DNA of 64,000 bases from a virus (IMGVR_UViG_3300031993_000004:128001-192000), one strand, 5' to 3'. Positions 1-10,878 are shown, counted from the stretch's first letter. Made by a program: numbers and translations. Notes: generated by a model from the sequence alone, not told the origin.

Positions 1-547
1 CATTCGTGGCAAGTTTGTGAATCTTGTCATAGATGTCAATACCCATTGCCTTGTTTAACAATGTCTTTCTCTGCGCTGTACCCATACCAGCAAATGATGT
101 CAGATTTGTTCCATTGATAATGAATTGGAATTTGTATTTATTGATGCCAAGATGTTTCTCTATCAATGCGATGCCAGTATTGACACCACCTGATGGATTC
201 TGTTCCTCTCCATTTACAACGAAAGACGTCGATACTGTATGGGATTTACCACTGACTTTGTATGTATGCGTGATATTGATGACATTACCGTTCACTTCAT
301 AGATGATATTCTTCACACCAACTTCTCCAGGAAGAATCAGATCCAAATCATTTCGTTCATCACCTGTCAGATTGATAGATGAGAATGGATGATGCTGTTG
401 AATCATGACAGTCTTGCCACAGCGGTTTCTTCCGTATAACTGAATAATCGGCTGGGTGATTTTATCATACTTGAATTCGATCTCCGATAAACCGGTTGCT
501 GCTTTTACGCCAATGAAATTAACGAGTTTCAAATATACGATTTTCAT
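1..547 (-). CDS. sbcC: SbcC/Rad50-like SMC-family ATPase, N-terminal part (runs off window start)
   Basis: Not in the ORF track because it is open at the edge. Manual translation from ATG 547 (RBS AAAGGA) gives MKIVYLKLVNFIGVKAATGLSEIEFKYDKITQPIIQLYGRNRCGKTVMIQ. This has the N-terminal LxNF strand and Walker A GxNxxGKT of Rad50/SbcC. Confidence 0.8.
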   Translation of the reverse strand, partial: MKIVYLKLVNFIGVKAATGLSEIEFKYDKITQPIIQLYGRNRCGKTVMIQQHHPFSSINLTGDERNDLDLILPGEVGVKNIIYEVNGNVINITHTYKVSGKSHTVSTSFVVNGEEQNPSGGVNTGIALIEKHLGINKYKFQFIINGTNLTSFAGMGTAQRKTLLNKAMGIDIYDKIHKLATN

Positions 548-660
548 GTTATCGTCCTTTCAAAAGAAGATTACAAGATGAGTCGTACGAGATATAATTT
601 TCAACGAATAGATACATTCCATTACATCTATTCAGAAGAGACTCTATCTTATTCGATATA

Positions 661-703
661 ATAATATATCTGCATAAAAAATAATTTTAAACACATATAT
701 GAT
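661..703. promoter_or_regulatory. Divergent pair of early-type phage promoters
   Basis: Minus strand TATATTAT-tatatc-G (661-668) faces sbcC. Plus strand TATATGAT-tgaaat-G (696-703) faces the 771 gene. Both match the motif repeated across the window. Confidence 0.65.
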
Positions 704-770
704 TGAAATGGTTAAGGGGAGTTTGTGAGCTTCTCAGACCTATATTACAAGAAAGAAGGAGTTAAGACTT

Positions 771-1445
771 ATGGCCGAAAAAATTGATTACACTGGTCGT
801 CGCGTGAGGTATATGGAGACTTTCAAGGAAGATCCGAATCTCACACAAAAAATTCCTCAGCTCGCAACGGAGTTGCTCTATTCCGAGTTCGGAATCTCCA
901 TTGCGGATATGACCGCAGTCCCTGTTGTATGGGGTTGTGTGTGGTCGAGATTGATGGAATTCCTCCATCAGCAGAAGAGTGATGCGTTCTCCGTTTCAAT
1001 CGCAGGTTTTACAATCGAATATATGACAGAATATTCCGAATCTGATAAAGCGAGAAACATCGTGCCGGAACTGTATCATGATTACATTCCGACATTCACA
1101 GAACGCAAACACACTGCGGTTCCTGGTTGTGATTATAATCAGGATCTCACATCGAAGTACAACGACTGGCGGACAAACAACTTGACAGAAACACTTGACA
1201 TGGTTGAACGAAACGCATATGACGATATTCTGAAGAAGTTCGGTATCGATCTGATGGTCTCAGCAACAGTCATTCCGTTTGTGGCAGCTATCTATGCTGC
1301 GGGCATCCGGATTGCACTCGAGACGAAGCAGCCGGTTAATATGTATAACTGGTTCACCATCACGGCATGTGCTGATGACAAGATCATTCTGACACCGCTC
1401 GCTTCCATCAAGCAGGGTCTGAAAGACGACGGAAAGCGTGCGTAA
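771..1445 (+). CDS. Hypothetical protein (224 aa)
   Basis: RBS AAGGAG, long ORF, followed by a terminator hairpin. No recognisable motif. Confidence 0.85.
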   Translation: MAEKIDYTGRRVRYMETFKEDPNLTQKIPQLATELLYSEFGISIADMTAVPVVWGCVWSRLMEFLHQQKSDAFSVSIAGFTIEYMTEYSESDKARNIVPELYHDYIPTFTERKHTAVPGCDYNQDLTSKYNDWRTNNLTETLDMVERNAYDDILKKFGIDLMVSATVIPFVAAIYAAGIRIALETKQPVNMYNWFTITACADDKIILTPLASIKQGLKDDGKRA

Positions 1446-1450
1446 GACAA

Positions 1451-1478
1451 TGGGCGGAGTTTTCCGCCCATATCTTTT
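1451..1478 (+). terminator. Intrinsic terminator
   Basis: TGGGCGGA-gttt-TCCGCCCA followed by TATCTTTT. Confidence 0.7.
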
Positions 1479-1541
1479 CACAATAAAATAGTGGTTGGCT
1501 TTGTATCGATCACACATTTCAAATAGAAAGGATGAAAGCAA

Positions 1542-2666
1542 ATGTCATTCAATCTGATAATCGGTATGGGCAATACCGGTTCCCAAATCGTGAGAGCTGC
1601 AGCAGAATCCGAGATCCTGACTGATTGCAAGCTGTACACGATTGATTCCGTGACCTCCAATGTCGACATGAAGACCGTCAATACGATCGAATCGATTTCT
1701 TTGATCTCTGACGACAAGGCTGGTAGCGGACGGTCCCGTGAACGTGGTGCTGCGATGTTCGAATTCCACGATAATAATGGGACATTCGACGAACTGTATG
1801 CTGAAGCACAGAAGGCGAAGACTCCGATCATCGTAATCACCTCTTCGGCTGGTGGTACTGGATCTGGTACAACACCCCCGCTGTGCAGAAAGCTCATCGC
1901 AGCTGGCATTCAGGTGATTCCGATCATTGTGTGTCCTGCGATGGAAGATCCGGTTGCATTCCATATGAATACAAATGATCTCTTGTTGGAGCTGCAGAAA
2001 GCTGAGATCTCCACATACTGTGTATTCCGGAATGAATACGGAAAAGCAGATTACCGTGACATCAACAAAGAGGTTGTCTCTGCAATCGAGATTATCCTCG
2101 GAAAGCGGTATGATGCAACTGACAAGGATTCCATCGATGATTCTGATCTTGACGTGATTCTTTCAACACCAGGACGTTTCATGGCAGTCGAGGCTTCCGC
2201 ACAAACCCCGAGCGACCTGAAACGCCGAATCACAGAACGCGTCCTCAATGGACACCAGCCTTGCTGGAATATGACAGATGCTGAGTCAGGAACGCTAATG
2301 ACTGCGTTTGCTCTGTCTTCTCCTTTTGCTGCAGGTGACTTCGAAGAAGTGTTCTCTGAGTTGAATGCTCGTATCAAGAACAGATTCGATGAATATCGGA
2401 ATATCTGCAATAAAGATGGTATGTGCAAAGCATCCATCATCGTTGCAGGGCTTCCGCCTGTTGAATTGAAACAGATCGACGGTGAATTCCAGATGGCCGC
2501 GGGCATTGCGGATGGTGTCAAGAGTACAGCAAAGCGTCCTGCATTCATGCAGAAGAAAGGTACTCTGCGTTCAGCCAATTTCCCGAAACCATTCCAGCCG
2601 GTTAATACCGTTGCTCCGGATGAGAAGAAATCTGGAGATGTTCTGGATAACTTCAACATGACCTAA
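1542..2666 (+). CDS. phuZ: Tubulin/FtsZ-family GTPase (PhuZ/TubZ-like)
   Basis: N-terminal IIGMGNTGSQI, GSGRSRERG loop, tubulin signature SAGGTGSGT and T7-like loop IDDSDL, in a jumbo-phage context. Confidence 0.88.
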   Translation: MSFNLIIGMGNTGSQIVRAAAESEILTDCKLYTIDSVTSNVDMKTVNTIESISLISDDKAGSGRSRERGAAMFEFHDNNGTFDELYAEAQKAKTPIIVITSSAGGTGSGTTPPLCRKLIAAGIQVIPIIVCPAMEDPVAFHMNTNDLLLELQKAEISTYCVFRNEYGKADYRDINKEVVSAIEIILGKRYDATDKDSIDDSDLDVILSTPGRFMAVEASAQTPSDLKRRITERVLNGHQPCWNMTDAESGTLMTAFALSSPFAAGDFEEVFSELNARIKNRFDEYRNICNKDGMCKASIIVAGLPPVELKQIDGEFQMAAGIADGVKSTAKRPAFMQKKGTLRSANFPKPFQPVNTVAPDEKKSGDVLDNFNMT

Positions 2667-2689
2667 AATATTTTTGTGTCGCAGATATG

Positions 2690-2704
2690 TACATAATTCC
2701 TGCG
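2690..2704 (+). promoter_or_regulatory. Early-type promoter variant
   Basis: TACATAAT-tcctgc-G upstream of the 2754 gene. Confidence 0.5.
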
Positions 2705-2753
2705 ATATCTGTCACACAAGGATATCTAAAAATCCAAAGGAGGAAACACACTT

Positions 2754-3656
2754 ATGATCGCTTACTCGCAAATGTACCCCGGCGACATCTCATTCCTGGA
2801 GTCTCTCGAATCATATTTGAGAAAACTCAACGTGTCTGCAGCGTCTCCGCAGGAAAGACTCGCCATCACTGAACAGGCAAGAGGAAGCTTGTATTCCTAT
2901 CAGGTTCAGTCCATCGACAGAGTCTCCAACAAGATTCTCGAATCGGACATGGAAGTTGATCAGGAAGCTCGTGCCCTCTGGATTGCGTTCAGCCATCATG
3001 TAATGGATCCGGCATTCGTGAACATCATGATGCAGTATCTCGGAACCAGACAGGATCCGACGCTGAACGGCCAGGTCGGCGCTCTCCTTTCCAAGGTGAT
3101 GAATGAGTACATGGAATCTCACTGGAAGCGGGATGAGAAGAAAAAGAAGGACGAGGAAGAAGCCCTTCCGGAATTCGAAGAGATCAAGCACATCCAGATC
3201 GCTATCGAAGATCTTCTCGGACCGACAGCAAATTCCATTCAGGTTCGCTGCGGAAACCTGACACATCCGGAAGCACTGTTTATCGCCGCATGCATTGCAA
3301 TGAACTCTCAGAAGACACTGAAGGAAATCCTGTCCTCCGGTCTTCCGATCACTGCAGATGTATTCGACAACCTGCTGAATCCGGATCCGATCATTCGTGG
3401 TGCTCTGACTCTGCTGAAGTCTGATGTGCCTACGAAACCAAACGCAAACCAAACTGCGTTCCTCGAATCTTTGAAGCGTTGGATCTATACCAAGCTCGAC
3501 AAGATTCCGGGCGGCTCCAGTGTTTGCTATCAGTATCTTGTCGGCGTATACGGAAGCGTCTCTCCTGATGTGTCTCCGTATTATATCCAGATCAAGGACT
3601 GCGGTACCCTGTATACAACTCTGCTTACTGTCGCAAAGCAGATTGTGAATAAATAA
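2754..3656 (+). CDS. Hypothetical protein (300 aa)
   Basis: RBS AAGGAGG and long ORF. Appears mostly helical. Confidence 0.85.
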   Translation: MIAYSQMYPGDISFLESLESYLRKLNVSAASPQERLAITEQARGSLYSYQVQSIDRVSNKILESDMEVDQEARALWIAFSHHVMDPAFVNIMMQYLGTRQDPTLNGQVGALLSKVMNEYMESHWKRDEKKKKDEEEALPEFEEIKHIQIAIEDLLGPTANSIQVRCGNLTHPEALFIAACIAMNSQKTLKEILSSGLPITADVFDNLLNPDPIIRGALTLLKSDVPTKPNANQTAFLESLKRWIYTKLDKIPGGSSVCYQYLVGVYGSVSPDVSPYYIQIKDCGTLYTTLLTVAKQIVNK

Positions 3657-3674
3657 TCGAGGAGGAAAATTACA

Positions 3675-4172
3675 ATGACTGAGAAAATCAATCCCGCTGT
3701 TGTTCAGATGATTCAGCCCATCATGCAGAGAATGACTGCAATCCATCTTGCAGAACGCAACATGCCGGTCATTGGCGCAAGCCACAATGATCCGTATAAG
3801 GATGATAAGCAGCAGTGTGTTCACTTCATCTACAATGGCAATCAGCCCGAGTGCATGCTCGAGAAGACTGCTGATGGCAAGCTGAAGTGCAAGGCTTGCG
3901 GCCGTGAAATCGGAACGAAGTTCGATAAGAGCGCAGTCGAGACTCTGATCGAGGCACGCAAAGTTATCGAGCAGATCATGTTCTTCGGAATGATCAATAA
4001 CATGACTGCGGATCTCATCTCCGGCTGCATCCAGATCAAGAGCTCTATTCCGGCACTTGCTCTGCTGATTGCACAGCTGTCTGATTTCGTGAAGCGTGAA
4101 GAGTCCAACATGGATACAGTCTCCAACATCGGTGACGAGTATCGTTTCAAGGGAATCACCGGCGCATTCTAA
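3675..4172 (+). CDS. Hypothetical protein with possible Zn-binding site (165 aa)
   Basis: RBS GAGGAGG. Contains a CVH...C...CKAC cluster. Confidence 0.8.
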   Translation: MTEKINPAVVQMIQPIMQRMTAIHLAERNMPVIGASHNDPYKDDKQQCVHFIYNGNQPECMLEKTADGKLKCKACGREIGTKFDKSAVETLIEARKVIEQIMFFGMINNMTADLISGCIQIKSSIPALALLIAQLSDFVKREESNMDTVSNIGDEYRFKGITGAF

Positions 4173-4203
4173 TGCTGATTGATCGATCAATGAACATTCG
4201 AAG

Positions 4204-4243
4204 TGAATATGAGGGGGCGGATGCCCCCTCATATTCATTTTTT
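4204..4243. terminator. Terminator between convergent genes
   Basis: 15-bp perfect stem TGAATATGAGGGGGC-ggat-GCCCCCTCATATTCA plus a T run. Confidence 0.85.
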
Positions 4244-5498
4244 AGTTTGTACATAATTTCATTACGGTCTGAGGCGCAAATAATTCACCAGAAGCATTTG
4301 AAAATACATGTGCGGCATAGCAAATGCGATATGCATCAGCAATCTTCAAACCACGAATAGGAGATTCGAATACGAGATTCACACGAGAATTCGGTTTAAA
4401 TGCAGCAACATCAATTCCAGCACATGAAATATCAACGCGGGTAATCCGTTCATTCAATCGAGCAGCTTCTTGAATCGTCAGTGTCGTTCTGTCTGTCTTA
4501 TGAAGGATATTTTTTTGCTCGATCGGACTGATGTATCTGGATACATTTGAACTTTCTTTCAGTTTATCCAGCTCCGTGTAATTCATCTGTAATGTGTTGA
4601 CGTTGATATCCGACAACCGTTCAGGATTCAATACGCGTTCAACATCAGATTCCGTCAAGACGGACACATTCACGGATTGTGTTTGTGCTTGATATAAACC
4701 ATTTGAATAGAACATGCCAGATTCTGCCATTTCGTCATTCTTTTCTGAACGCACATAAATTGGAATTGTAACAGTTCCATTATGTGCAGCTGTATCAGAC
4801 AAATACATCTGATTTGTATGGTCCATGAACAACAAACCTCCGTGTGGATACAGACCATAGTTTCGATCAAAATATGAGAATACTTCGATTGCTGACAGAT
4901 TCGGTATCAGTATCTGGTCATATCGTTTCTGATTCTGAATTGGATCAATCGTGATTTTGTTTGATGGGAGACCAACGAGATTCATCAGAATATCATCACA
5001 GACTGTTCCGATTGTCGAATCTCTGTAAACCGATCTTGTTTTCGAACGCATGTTATGGATAATCTCTGGCCAGAAAATGAATATCTCAAATGGAACCTTT
5101 GAATCAACATTCAAATCCGTGGCATCTTTTAGACCCATCTTAAACTGATCGAACTTTGACACAGGAATGTTTTTGTTCTCAATGTATCCATAACCAGACA
5201 TTGCAATTTCAGATGTAGGTTGAACCAGAGATGTTGTATGCGTGTCTTTATCGGTTTTATATACTCCACCGGTCAGAGTAATGCCAATCGTTGTATCATC
5301 CGGATTCTCATTGATGTTCTCGATGAGATTCATATCAGCATAAACACGAACACGAATGATTGGGTATGTTGCCGTGTCATACTGATTGATGATAGCGATT
5401 GAGACAATATCGGAACCGGATAACTGTTGACGGAATGTTGGACCCGATGCGATCCATCCATTCAATTTGTACATGACATTATATACAGAATTCGCCAT
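4242..5498 (-). CDS. Virion structural protein, possibly baseplate hub (T4 gp27-like)
   Basis: 418 aa, beta-rich, RBS GAGGTG. The C-terminal FKPNSRVNL...YRICYAAHVFS pattern resembles hub proteins. Function is an inference. Confidence 0.5.
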   Translation of the reverse strand: MANSVYNVMYKLNGWIASGPTFRQQLSGSDIVSIAIINQYDTATYPIIRVRVYADMNLIENINENPDDTTIGITLTGGVYKTDKDTHTTSLVQPTSEIAMSGYGYIENKNIPVSKFDQFKMGLKDATDLNVDSKVPFEIFIFWPEIIHNMRSKTRSVYRDSTIGTVCDDILMNLVGLPSNKITIDPIQNQKRYDQILIPNLSAIEVFSYFDRNYGLYPHGGLLFMDHTNQMYLSDTAAHNGTVTIPIYVRSEKNDEMAESGMFYSNGLYQAQTQSVNVSVLTESDVERVLNPERLSDINVNTLQMNYTELDKLKESSNVSRYISPIEQKNILHKTDRTTLTIQEAARLNERITRVDISCAGIDVAAFKPNSRVNLVFESPIRGLKIADAYRICYAAHVFSNASGELFAPQTVMKLCTN

Positions 5499-5608
5499 AA
5501 TATCACCTCATTTGATTGATAAAGCCCTTCGACTTTTTTATAAGCCCGTATACTATAAAAGATACGGATTATTTTTTTTTTCATTTTATATAGAAAGGAA
5601 TCAAGATC

Positions 5609-6565
5609 ATGGCGATTATATTTCAAGAAGCGGCAATGAACTTGCCGCGTCTTTCACAATCATCGCTTTATGCAAAGTTTGATCAGCAATCGCACATCAC
5701 ACAGATCTGGCGTGAAGCGATCAGTGATAAGAGCATGTACGTATCTCCTGATGCAATGAAGGAAATCATGTCTTTGATTCGTTTGAATGGTTCGCCGAAT
5801 GCAAAGAAAGCCGTTGACATGTTCACTTCAGGCAGAATGATCCTCATTTACAATAAGGACCGTTCAAAGATTCCGGCAGTTCTTCCATACATTATCACAC
5901 AAGGCAAGGACGGAAGAGCAACAGCATTTGTATTCGCCGACAGAGTTGTTACGAATCTGACATCTACTGCAGAATATCCTAATCTGATGGCTACCATGGA
6001 AGCTGCATTCCTTGCAGCTGCATTGGTTGAGAATCCTTCACAGTTCCTGTTGAACCGTCAGCTGATTCTGAATCTCTGCAGTTTATATCAGTATCTGTGG
6101 TTGATGCCGCTGGAGCAAAAATTGTACATCAAGGGTGAGAATCTTACAAAGGTTCAGATGTACGTAACCGCATATTTCTACAGAATGATTGACGGCGATA
6201 AGATGGGTCCGACAACGATCCCATTCAATCGACTGTTGAAGGATAAGGTCAGCGGTGAACAGGTAAAACAGGTTACCACCGAAGTTTCTATGATGCCGTC
6301 ATTGGGAATCGGTAATGTGATCTCTTTGATTAAGCAGATTAATCCTGTCAGATACAAAGATCTCGACAGCACATTCATGACATACTTCGCTTCTTCATGT
6401 GGTGTCACATTGATCTTTGCACTGGAGAATATTCAGTATCTGTTCCTGTTGATGACATCTGCAAATTACAAGACAAAAGTCACTGCGTACGCACTGAATA
6501 AGAGTGCAACAGACAGTGTTAAGAGGTGCATGTCCACATTGAATGGTATGAACATTCATATCTGA
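5609..6565 (+). CDS. Hypothetical protein (318 aa)
   Basis: RBS AAAGGA. First gene of the operon that contains the portal. Confidence 0.85.
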   Translation: MAIIFQEAAMNLPRLSQSSLYAKFDQQSHITQIWREAISDKSMYVSPDAMKEIMSLIRLNGSPNAKKAVDMFTSGRMILIYNKDRSKIPAVLPYIITQGKDGRATAFVFADRVVTNLTSTAEYPNLMATMEAAFLAAALVENPSQFLLNRQLILNLCSLYQYLWLMPLEQKLYIKGENLTKVQMYVTAYFYRMIDGDKMGPTTIPFNRLLKDKVSGEQVKQVTTEVSMMPSLGIGNVISLIKQINPVRYKDLDSTFMTYFASSCGVTLIFALENIQYLFLLMTSANYKTKVTAYALNKSATDSVKRCMSTLNGMNIHI

Positions 6566-6579
6566 AAGGATGATGAATA

Positions 6580-8451
6580 ATGGCGCTTTTCCCAACATAC
6601 CCAGATCTGATCAGTGCGGTGGATGTTGCACGTACATCGTATCGGATTGGGTATAATATTGGTGGCGCGATAGGAACACTCGTTTCAAATATTCGTGATC
6701 TGAAATCAACTGATCTTTCTGAAGTTGTTCGGTATGGGACAAACGCAAACAAATCACACTACGGTGTTGATGAACCGACACAAGCGTATTATTTGCAAGG
6801 GCCATATCGACCAAGAGATGATTTTCCGATTGGTGGTCCCTTATATACAAGCATTGATCAGACGAATATTTATCCGTGGATGCATAGCATGGGATCTGGG
6901 CAGACAGATGAGTTTTCCGCAAAATATAACGGAGGAATGTTGTTTGCCGTTGACCGTGAAATGCATGTCACGTCGAATTCATCGCTCGATCCAATATACA
7001 CACCCGAAATATTAAAACAGATATCTGCTGGAAATAGCAGTATCATTTATCCGATCGAAAACAAAGTGCCCGGTGTTGATTCTCCTTTTGCAAAGTGGAA
7101 TCTACCATTCCGTCAATCAAATGTCTTCCAATATCAAGGATCGGTAACTCCTGTGAATCCAGAAGGAGATCCTGAAAAGAATTACGTTCTGACAAATGGT
7201 TTGGAGAACTCTGATAAACGGAATGCTTCATTTACTGCAAGCTCAAGCGACGAAGCGAATGCTTCTCCGGGTACGCCAACTTCACCGATTCATCCGTTTA
7301 CAAGATCATATTCGGAACGTTCACGAAATGCTCTTGTTACAGCATACAATAGAACGAAGCTGCCAATTGCTGATGCGGAACATCGTAAGGGATTCCGCTA
7401 TATCTTCATCACGCGTCCGGAATGTTATCTGTTGGCTTCCGATGGAGTCGGCGGTACAAGGATGTCTGTTCAATGTCAACAAGATGAAGATATGAACACT
7501 TGCGGATGCCGTATGCCGCACATCCTTCGAGCGCTGTCTCCAGTTTATGTGTGTCCCGCACCAGGCAATCCACACTATGCAAACTGGAACTATCTTTTGT
7601 GCAACCGTATCATGAGTATGGGGACACAAGGTCAGTCGCTTTCAATTCTCGACTCGGTTACGAAAGGCATCCATGGCGCAACAGTTACCCCTGGAAAGAT
7701 CATGACATCGAATCTGGGCGGTACATTAGATATTTCATTCCGTGATACAAAATGGATGGACGTCTATGAGATGTTGCGAATCCATATGTTGTACATCCAT
7801 AAACGTAAAATCGGAAAATTCTCTCCTCCGTTCAATGGATACACGTATGCGAATGAAGGATTCGCAACAGGATTCGTTCGTCAATTTATGCATCCATATG
7901 ACAGAGCACTTGAATACTGCGTTTCTATTTGGGACATCATAACCAACGAAACCGGTACAAAGATTTTGTATTGGTGTAAGTATTATGGTGCATATCCAAC
8001 GGCATGTTCAACATCTGTTCTGTCTAATGATAATGCATCAGCAATCACAGGAGAAGCTCGGGTTTCTTCTACATGGCAATATCAATATAAGCAAGAAAAC
8101 GTTTATCAGAACCTGATTGAATTCAATTACAATGCAGGTATTTTTGATAACATGGGAGTTCTTCGCAGTGATGTTGATCTTCGTAATGCTGTGCCATTCT
8201 TGTATCGTGAAGAAGGAAACGGCGGTTCCAGTGATACATCAAGTATATTGAAAAATTACGTCGGTGCAGCTTCAATGTTCACCGGATCACCATTTATCAT
8301 ATCCGAAGTTAATGGTGCTCACGATCCCTGGAAATGGGATCAAACGGGTTTGGTTCAAAACAACCTGTGCTTTATGCCTGTTCATAATGTTGACAGTGCG
8401 ATTGCAACCAGAATGAATCTTGGTATCACAAACGAGATGCCAGTAAAGTGA
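6580..8451 (+). CDS. Virion structural protein, possible tail-tube-like baseplate/tube initiator (gp48/gp54-like)
   Basis: 623 aa. The C-half has YIFITRP, LDISFRDT...VYEMLRIH and ILYWCKYYGAYP, patterns reminiscent of tube-fold proteins. The ORF is certain; function is inferred. Confidence 0.5.
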   Translation: MALFPTYPDLISAVDVARTSYRIGYNIGGAIGTLVSNIRDLKSTDLSEVVRYGTNANKSHYGVDEPTQAYYLQGPYRPRDDFPIGGPLYTSIDQTNIYPWMHSMGSGQTDEFSAKYNGGMLFAVDREMHVTSNSSLDPIYTPEILKQISAGNSSIIYPIENKVPGVDSPFAKWNLPFRQSNVFQYQGSVTPVNPEGDPEKNYVLTNGLENSDKRNASFTASSSDEANASPGTPTSPIHPFTRSYSERSRNALVTAYNRTKLPIADAEHRKGFRYIFITRPECYLLASDGVGGTRMSVQCQQDEDMNTCGCRMPHILRALSPVYVCPAPGNPHYANWNYLLCNRIMSMGTQGQSLSILDSVTKGIHGATVTPGKIMTSNLGGTLDISFRDTKWMDVYEMLRIHMLYIHKRKIGKFSPPFNGYTYANEGFATGFVRQFMHPYDRALEYCVSIWDIITNETGTKILYWCKYYGAYPTACSTSVLSNDNASAITGEARVSSTWQYQYKQENVYQNLIEFNYNAGIFDNMGVLRSDVDLRNAVPFLYREEGNGGSSDTSSILKNYVGAASMFTGSPFIISEVNGAHDPWKWDQTGLVQNNLCFMPVHNVDSAIATRMNLGITNEMPVK

Positions 8452-8464
8452 GGAGGTGAAGCAT

Positions 8465-10876
8465 ATGGCACAGCAAAAAGAAAGTAATGAAGAGCGATTG
8501 ATACATGGCTTAATGAATGACTTAACCGGTGGAGACATTGTCATGTCGAAAGACGAACTGTCGACAACGATTTCCAATATCTTGAGAAAGTATAACCTTT
8601 CGACAGATATGTCATTCATCGAGAAGATTGCGACAATGAAGTTCCCGGATTCAAATGAGAAACTCTCACTTGATATGATGCCGAAAGAACTGACAGACGC
8701 CGCATTCTTACCGGTCACAACAATTGCGGATATCGCTCTTCGTCAAGATCTCGACATGGTCGTTTCCCAGATTCCTGAATGGTACAACGCATTGATTGTT
8801 ACGCGTGATGCAATCTGTGAATCTGATATCGTTGATGGTACACTTGCACGTACCATCACATTTGACAAAACCAAACTGACTGACACTGAAGAAACGACAA
8901 TCATGGAAAAGATTAAAGCAGTTGAAGAAAAACATCGGCTGCATGCGATCATCAAGAACCATATCGTGTACAACACGTTGTTCTATGGCGAAGGCTATGT
9001 GTATTGTGTTCCATATGCAAAAGTATTCGAGGATCTTTATAAGTACAGACTGAAACAGACTGAACGAAAGGATCCGAGAAATTCAGTTGCGAGTATGTTT
9101 GAAACATCCTCGTCTCTTACCGGATATGGATATGCTTACGGAGAAGCTGCTGTTGAGAGATCTCTGAAAGATACTTACGGAAAGATTGTCCAAGAGCAAG
9201 ACGCAAAGAGTAACGCAAAGAAGCAAGTAACACAAGAGCATGTTTCTTTGTTTTCAGAGCAGGAAATCATCGAAATTATTCCGGGATATCATGCAAAACC
9301 TAACGCCAAGTTGGACCCGGAGGTTGTTGTCGATTCAAAACGCGATGAACAATTCGATGATTACATTGACAGCATTGCGAGCAACATCAGATATATCGAG
9401 CAGGACATTGCGCTCCCTGTCATCGAGGAGTCTGCACTTGACCTGAAACGTGCATATGATGTGAGCTATGGTGAATACAATGATGGAGAGTTTGTCAAGA
9501 AAACAAACACCATCTTTGAATCTGTCATGAACGATGGCGTTTCAGACCCGGATAGCATCAGTAAGGAATTCAAGAACGTTCCAGGTATGTACATCAAGGT
9601 GCTCCCGGCGACGAAACTGATCCCGATTCGTATCGACCGAACTGTTATTGGATATTACTATATTTCTGATTTGACACGTCCGGATGATGCTGGAGAACGT
9701 CGTAACTCAGGTCTGTCTGGTTATACGTTGAGAACACCTTCGATTGGTCATGATACATTCTCACCTGACAGAATGCTTTGTGAACGGCTTGCGACAAAGA
9801 TCATCAACAACTTCAATCTGAAGTTCATGCGTGACAATACGGCGCTGCATCAACAAATTGTCACAATTCTCGAAGCGCATAAGTTCAATGAAGCGATGAT
9901 GCGTTTCATCTATATTCCCGCAGAGAATGTTTGTCAGTGTACCATCAATGAAGATGGTGCTGGTAAGGGTCACTCCATGTTGGAAGGCGGATTGATCACG
10001 GCTAGAATGTACATGTTCTTGAAGATGTACTCAATTCTGTGGCAGATTAACAACTCTGCCATCCGCGTGTATAATCTCCGTTCATCTGGTATTGACAAGA
10101 ACTACAAGCAATTCATTCAGCAACTGGTCAGAAAGTTTTCGGCTCGCCGTGTCACATCGAATGATATCTTCAACTATCGTTCATCACTGACAAAAGTTAC
10201 CGGTGGATCCGAACTCGTTCTTCCGATGGGTCCTGATGACAAAGCACCTGTAACGATCGAGAATATTCCTGCCGCAGAAGCTCCGCTGAATACCAACCTT
10301 CTGGATAAACTTCATGAAGAGGCAATCAACTCAACACCGGTTCCTGCCATCATGGTTAAGAACGGCGGTGTGACAGAAGTCGAATTCTCGAAGGAAGTTG
10401 AATTGTCGAATACACGATTTGTGTCATTCATCTCTTCTACAAAGATTGATATGAATCGTGATATCACGGTTCTGTACAGACGCATTCTTCTGCATGAGAC
10501 TGACATCGATCCTGCGATCATACACGACTTGCGGTTCTCATTCCACATGCCTGCGGCGAAAACATTGTCTGTTACATCAGACATGATAAACAACTTTGAA
10601 GCAATCTTTGAGTTGGCTTCTAAGACATTCTTACGAAAAGAAGATATGCAGACAAAGGATGGGGATGACGATCCGCAATCTCCAATCATGCGTGCTTACA
10701 AGAAACTTCTCATGGGTAAATATTTGCCGCAACTCGATGTAGAAGAATTCGAGAAAATGGCAGAGCAAGCTCGTCAGGAAGCAAACAGCATTAAGATTGA
10801 CAAATATCCATCTTCTCAGAATCTGATTGACAGTTCTGATCTGCCAGAAGAAGGAAAAGAGGAAGGTGAAGAATAA
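8465..10876 (+). CDS. Portal protein
   Basis: About 803 aa from ATG 8465 (RBS GAGGAGGTG). Contains YNTLFYGEGYVY, LIPIRID..IGYYY, GHSML and TPVPA, portal-like segments of jumbo phages, and lies near the terminase. Confidence 0.7.
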   Translation: MAQQKESNEERLIHGLMNDLTGGDIVMSKDELSTTISNILRKYNLSTDMSFIEKIATMKFPDSNEKLSLDMMPKELTDAAFLPVTTIADIALRQDLDMVVSQIPEWYNALIVTRDAICESDIVDGTLARTITFDKTKLTDTEETTIMEKIKAVEEKHRLHAIIKNHIVYNTLFYGEGYVYCVPYAKVFEDLYKYRLKQTERKDPRNSVASMFETSSSLTGYGYAYGEAAVERSLKDTYGKIVQEQDAKSNAKKQVTQEHVSLFSEQEIIEIIPGYHAKPNAKLDPEVVVDSKRDEQFDDYIDSIASNIRYIEQDIALPVIEESALDLKRAYDVSYGEYNDGEFVKKTNTIFESVMNDGVSDPDSISKEFKNVPGMYIKVLPATKLIPIRIDRTVIGYYYISDLTRPDDAGERRNSGLSGYTLRTPSIGHDTFSPDRMLCERLATKIINNFNLKFMRDNTALHQQIVTILEAHKFNEAMMRFIYIPAENVCQCTINEDGAGKGHSMLEGGLITARMYMFLKMYSILWQINNSAIRVYNLRSSGIDKNYKQFIQQLVRKFSARRVTSNDIFNYRSSLTKVTGGSELVLPMGPDDKAPVTIENIPAAEAPLNTNLLDKLHEEAINSTPVPAIMVKNGGVTEVEFSKEVELSNTRFVSFISSTKIDMNRDITVLYRRILLHETDIDPAIIHDLRFSFHMPAAKTLSVTSDMINNFEAIFELASKTFLRKEDMQTKDGDDDPQSPIMRAYKKLLMGKYLPQLDVEEFEKMAEQARQEANSIKIDKYPSSQNLIDSSDLPEEGKEEGEE

Positions 10877-10878
10877 TC

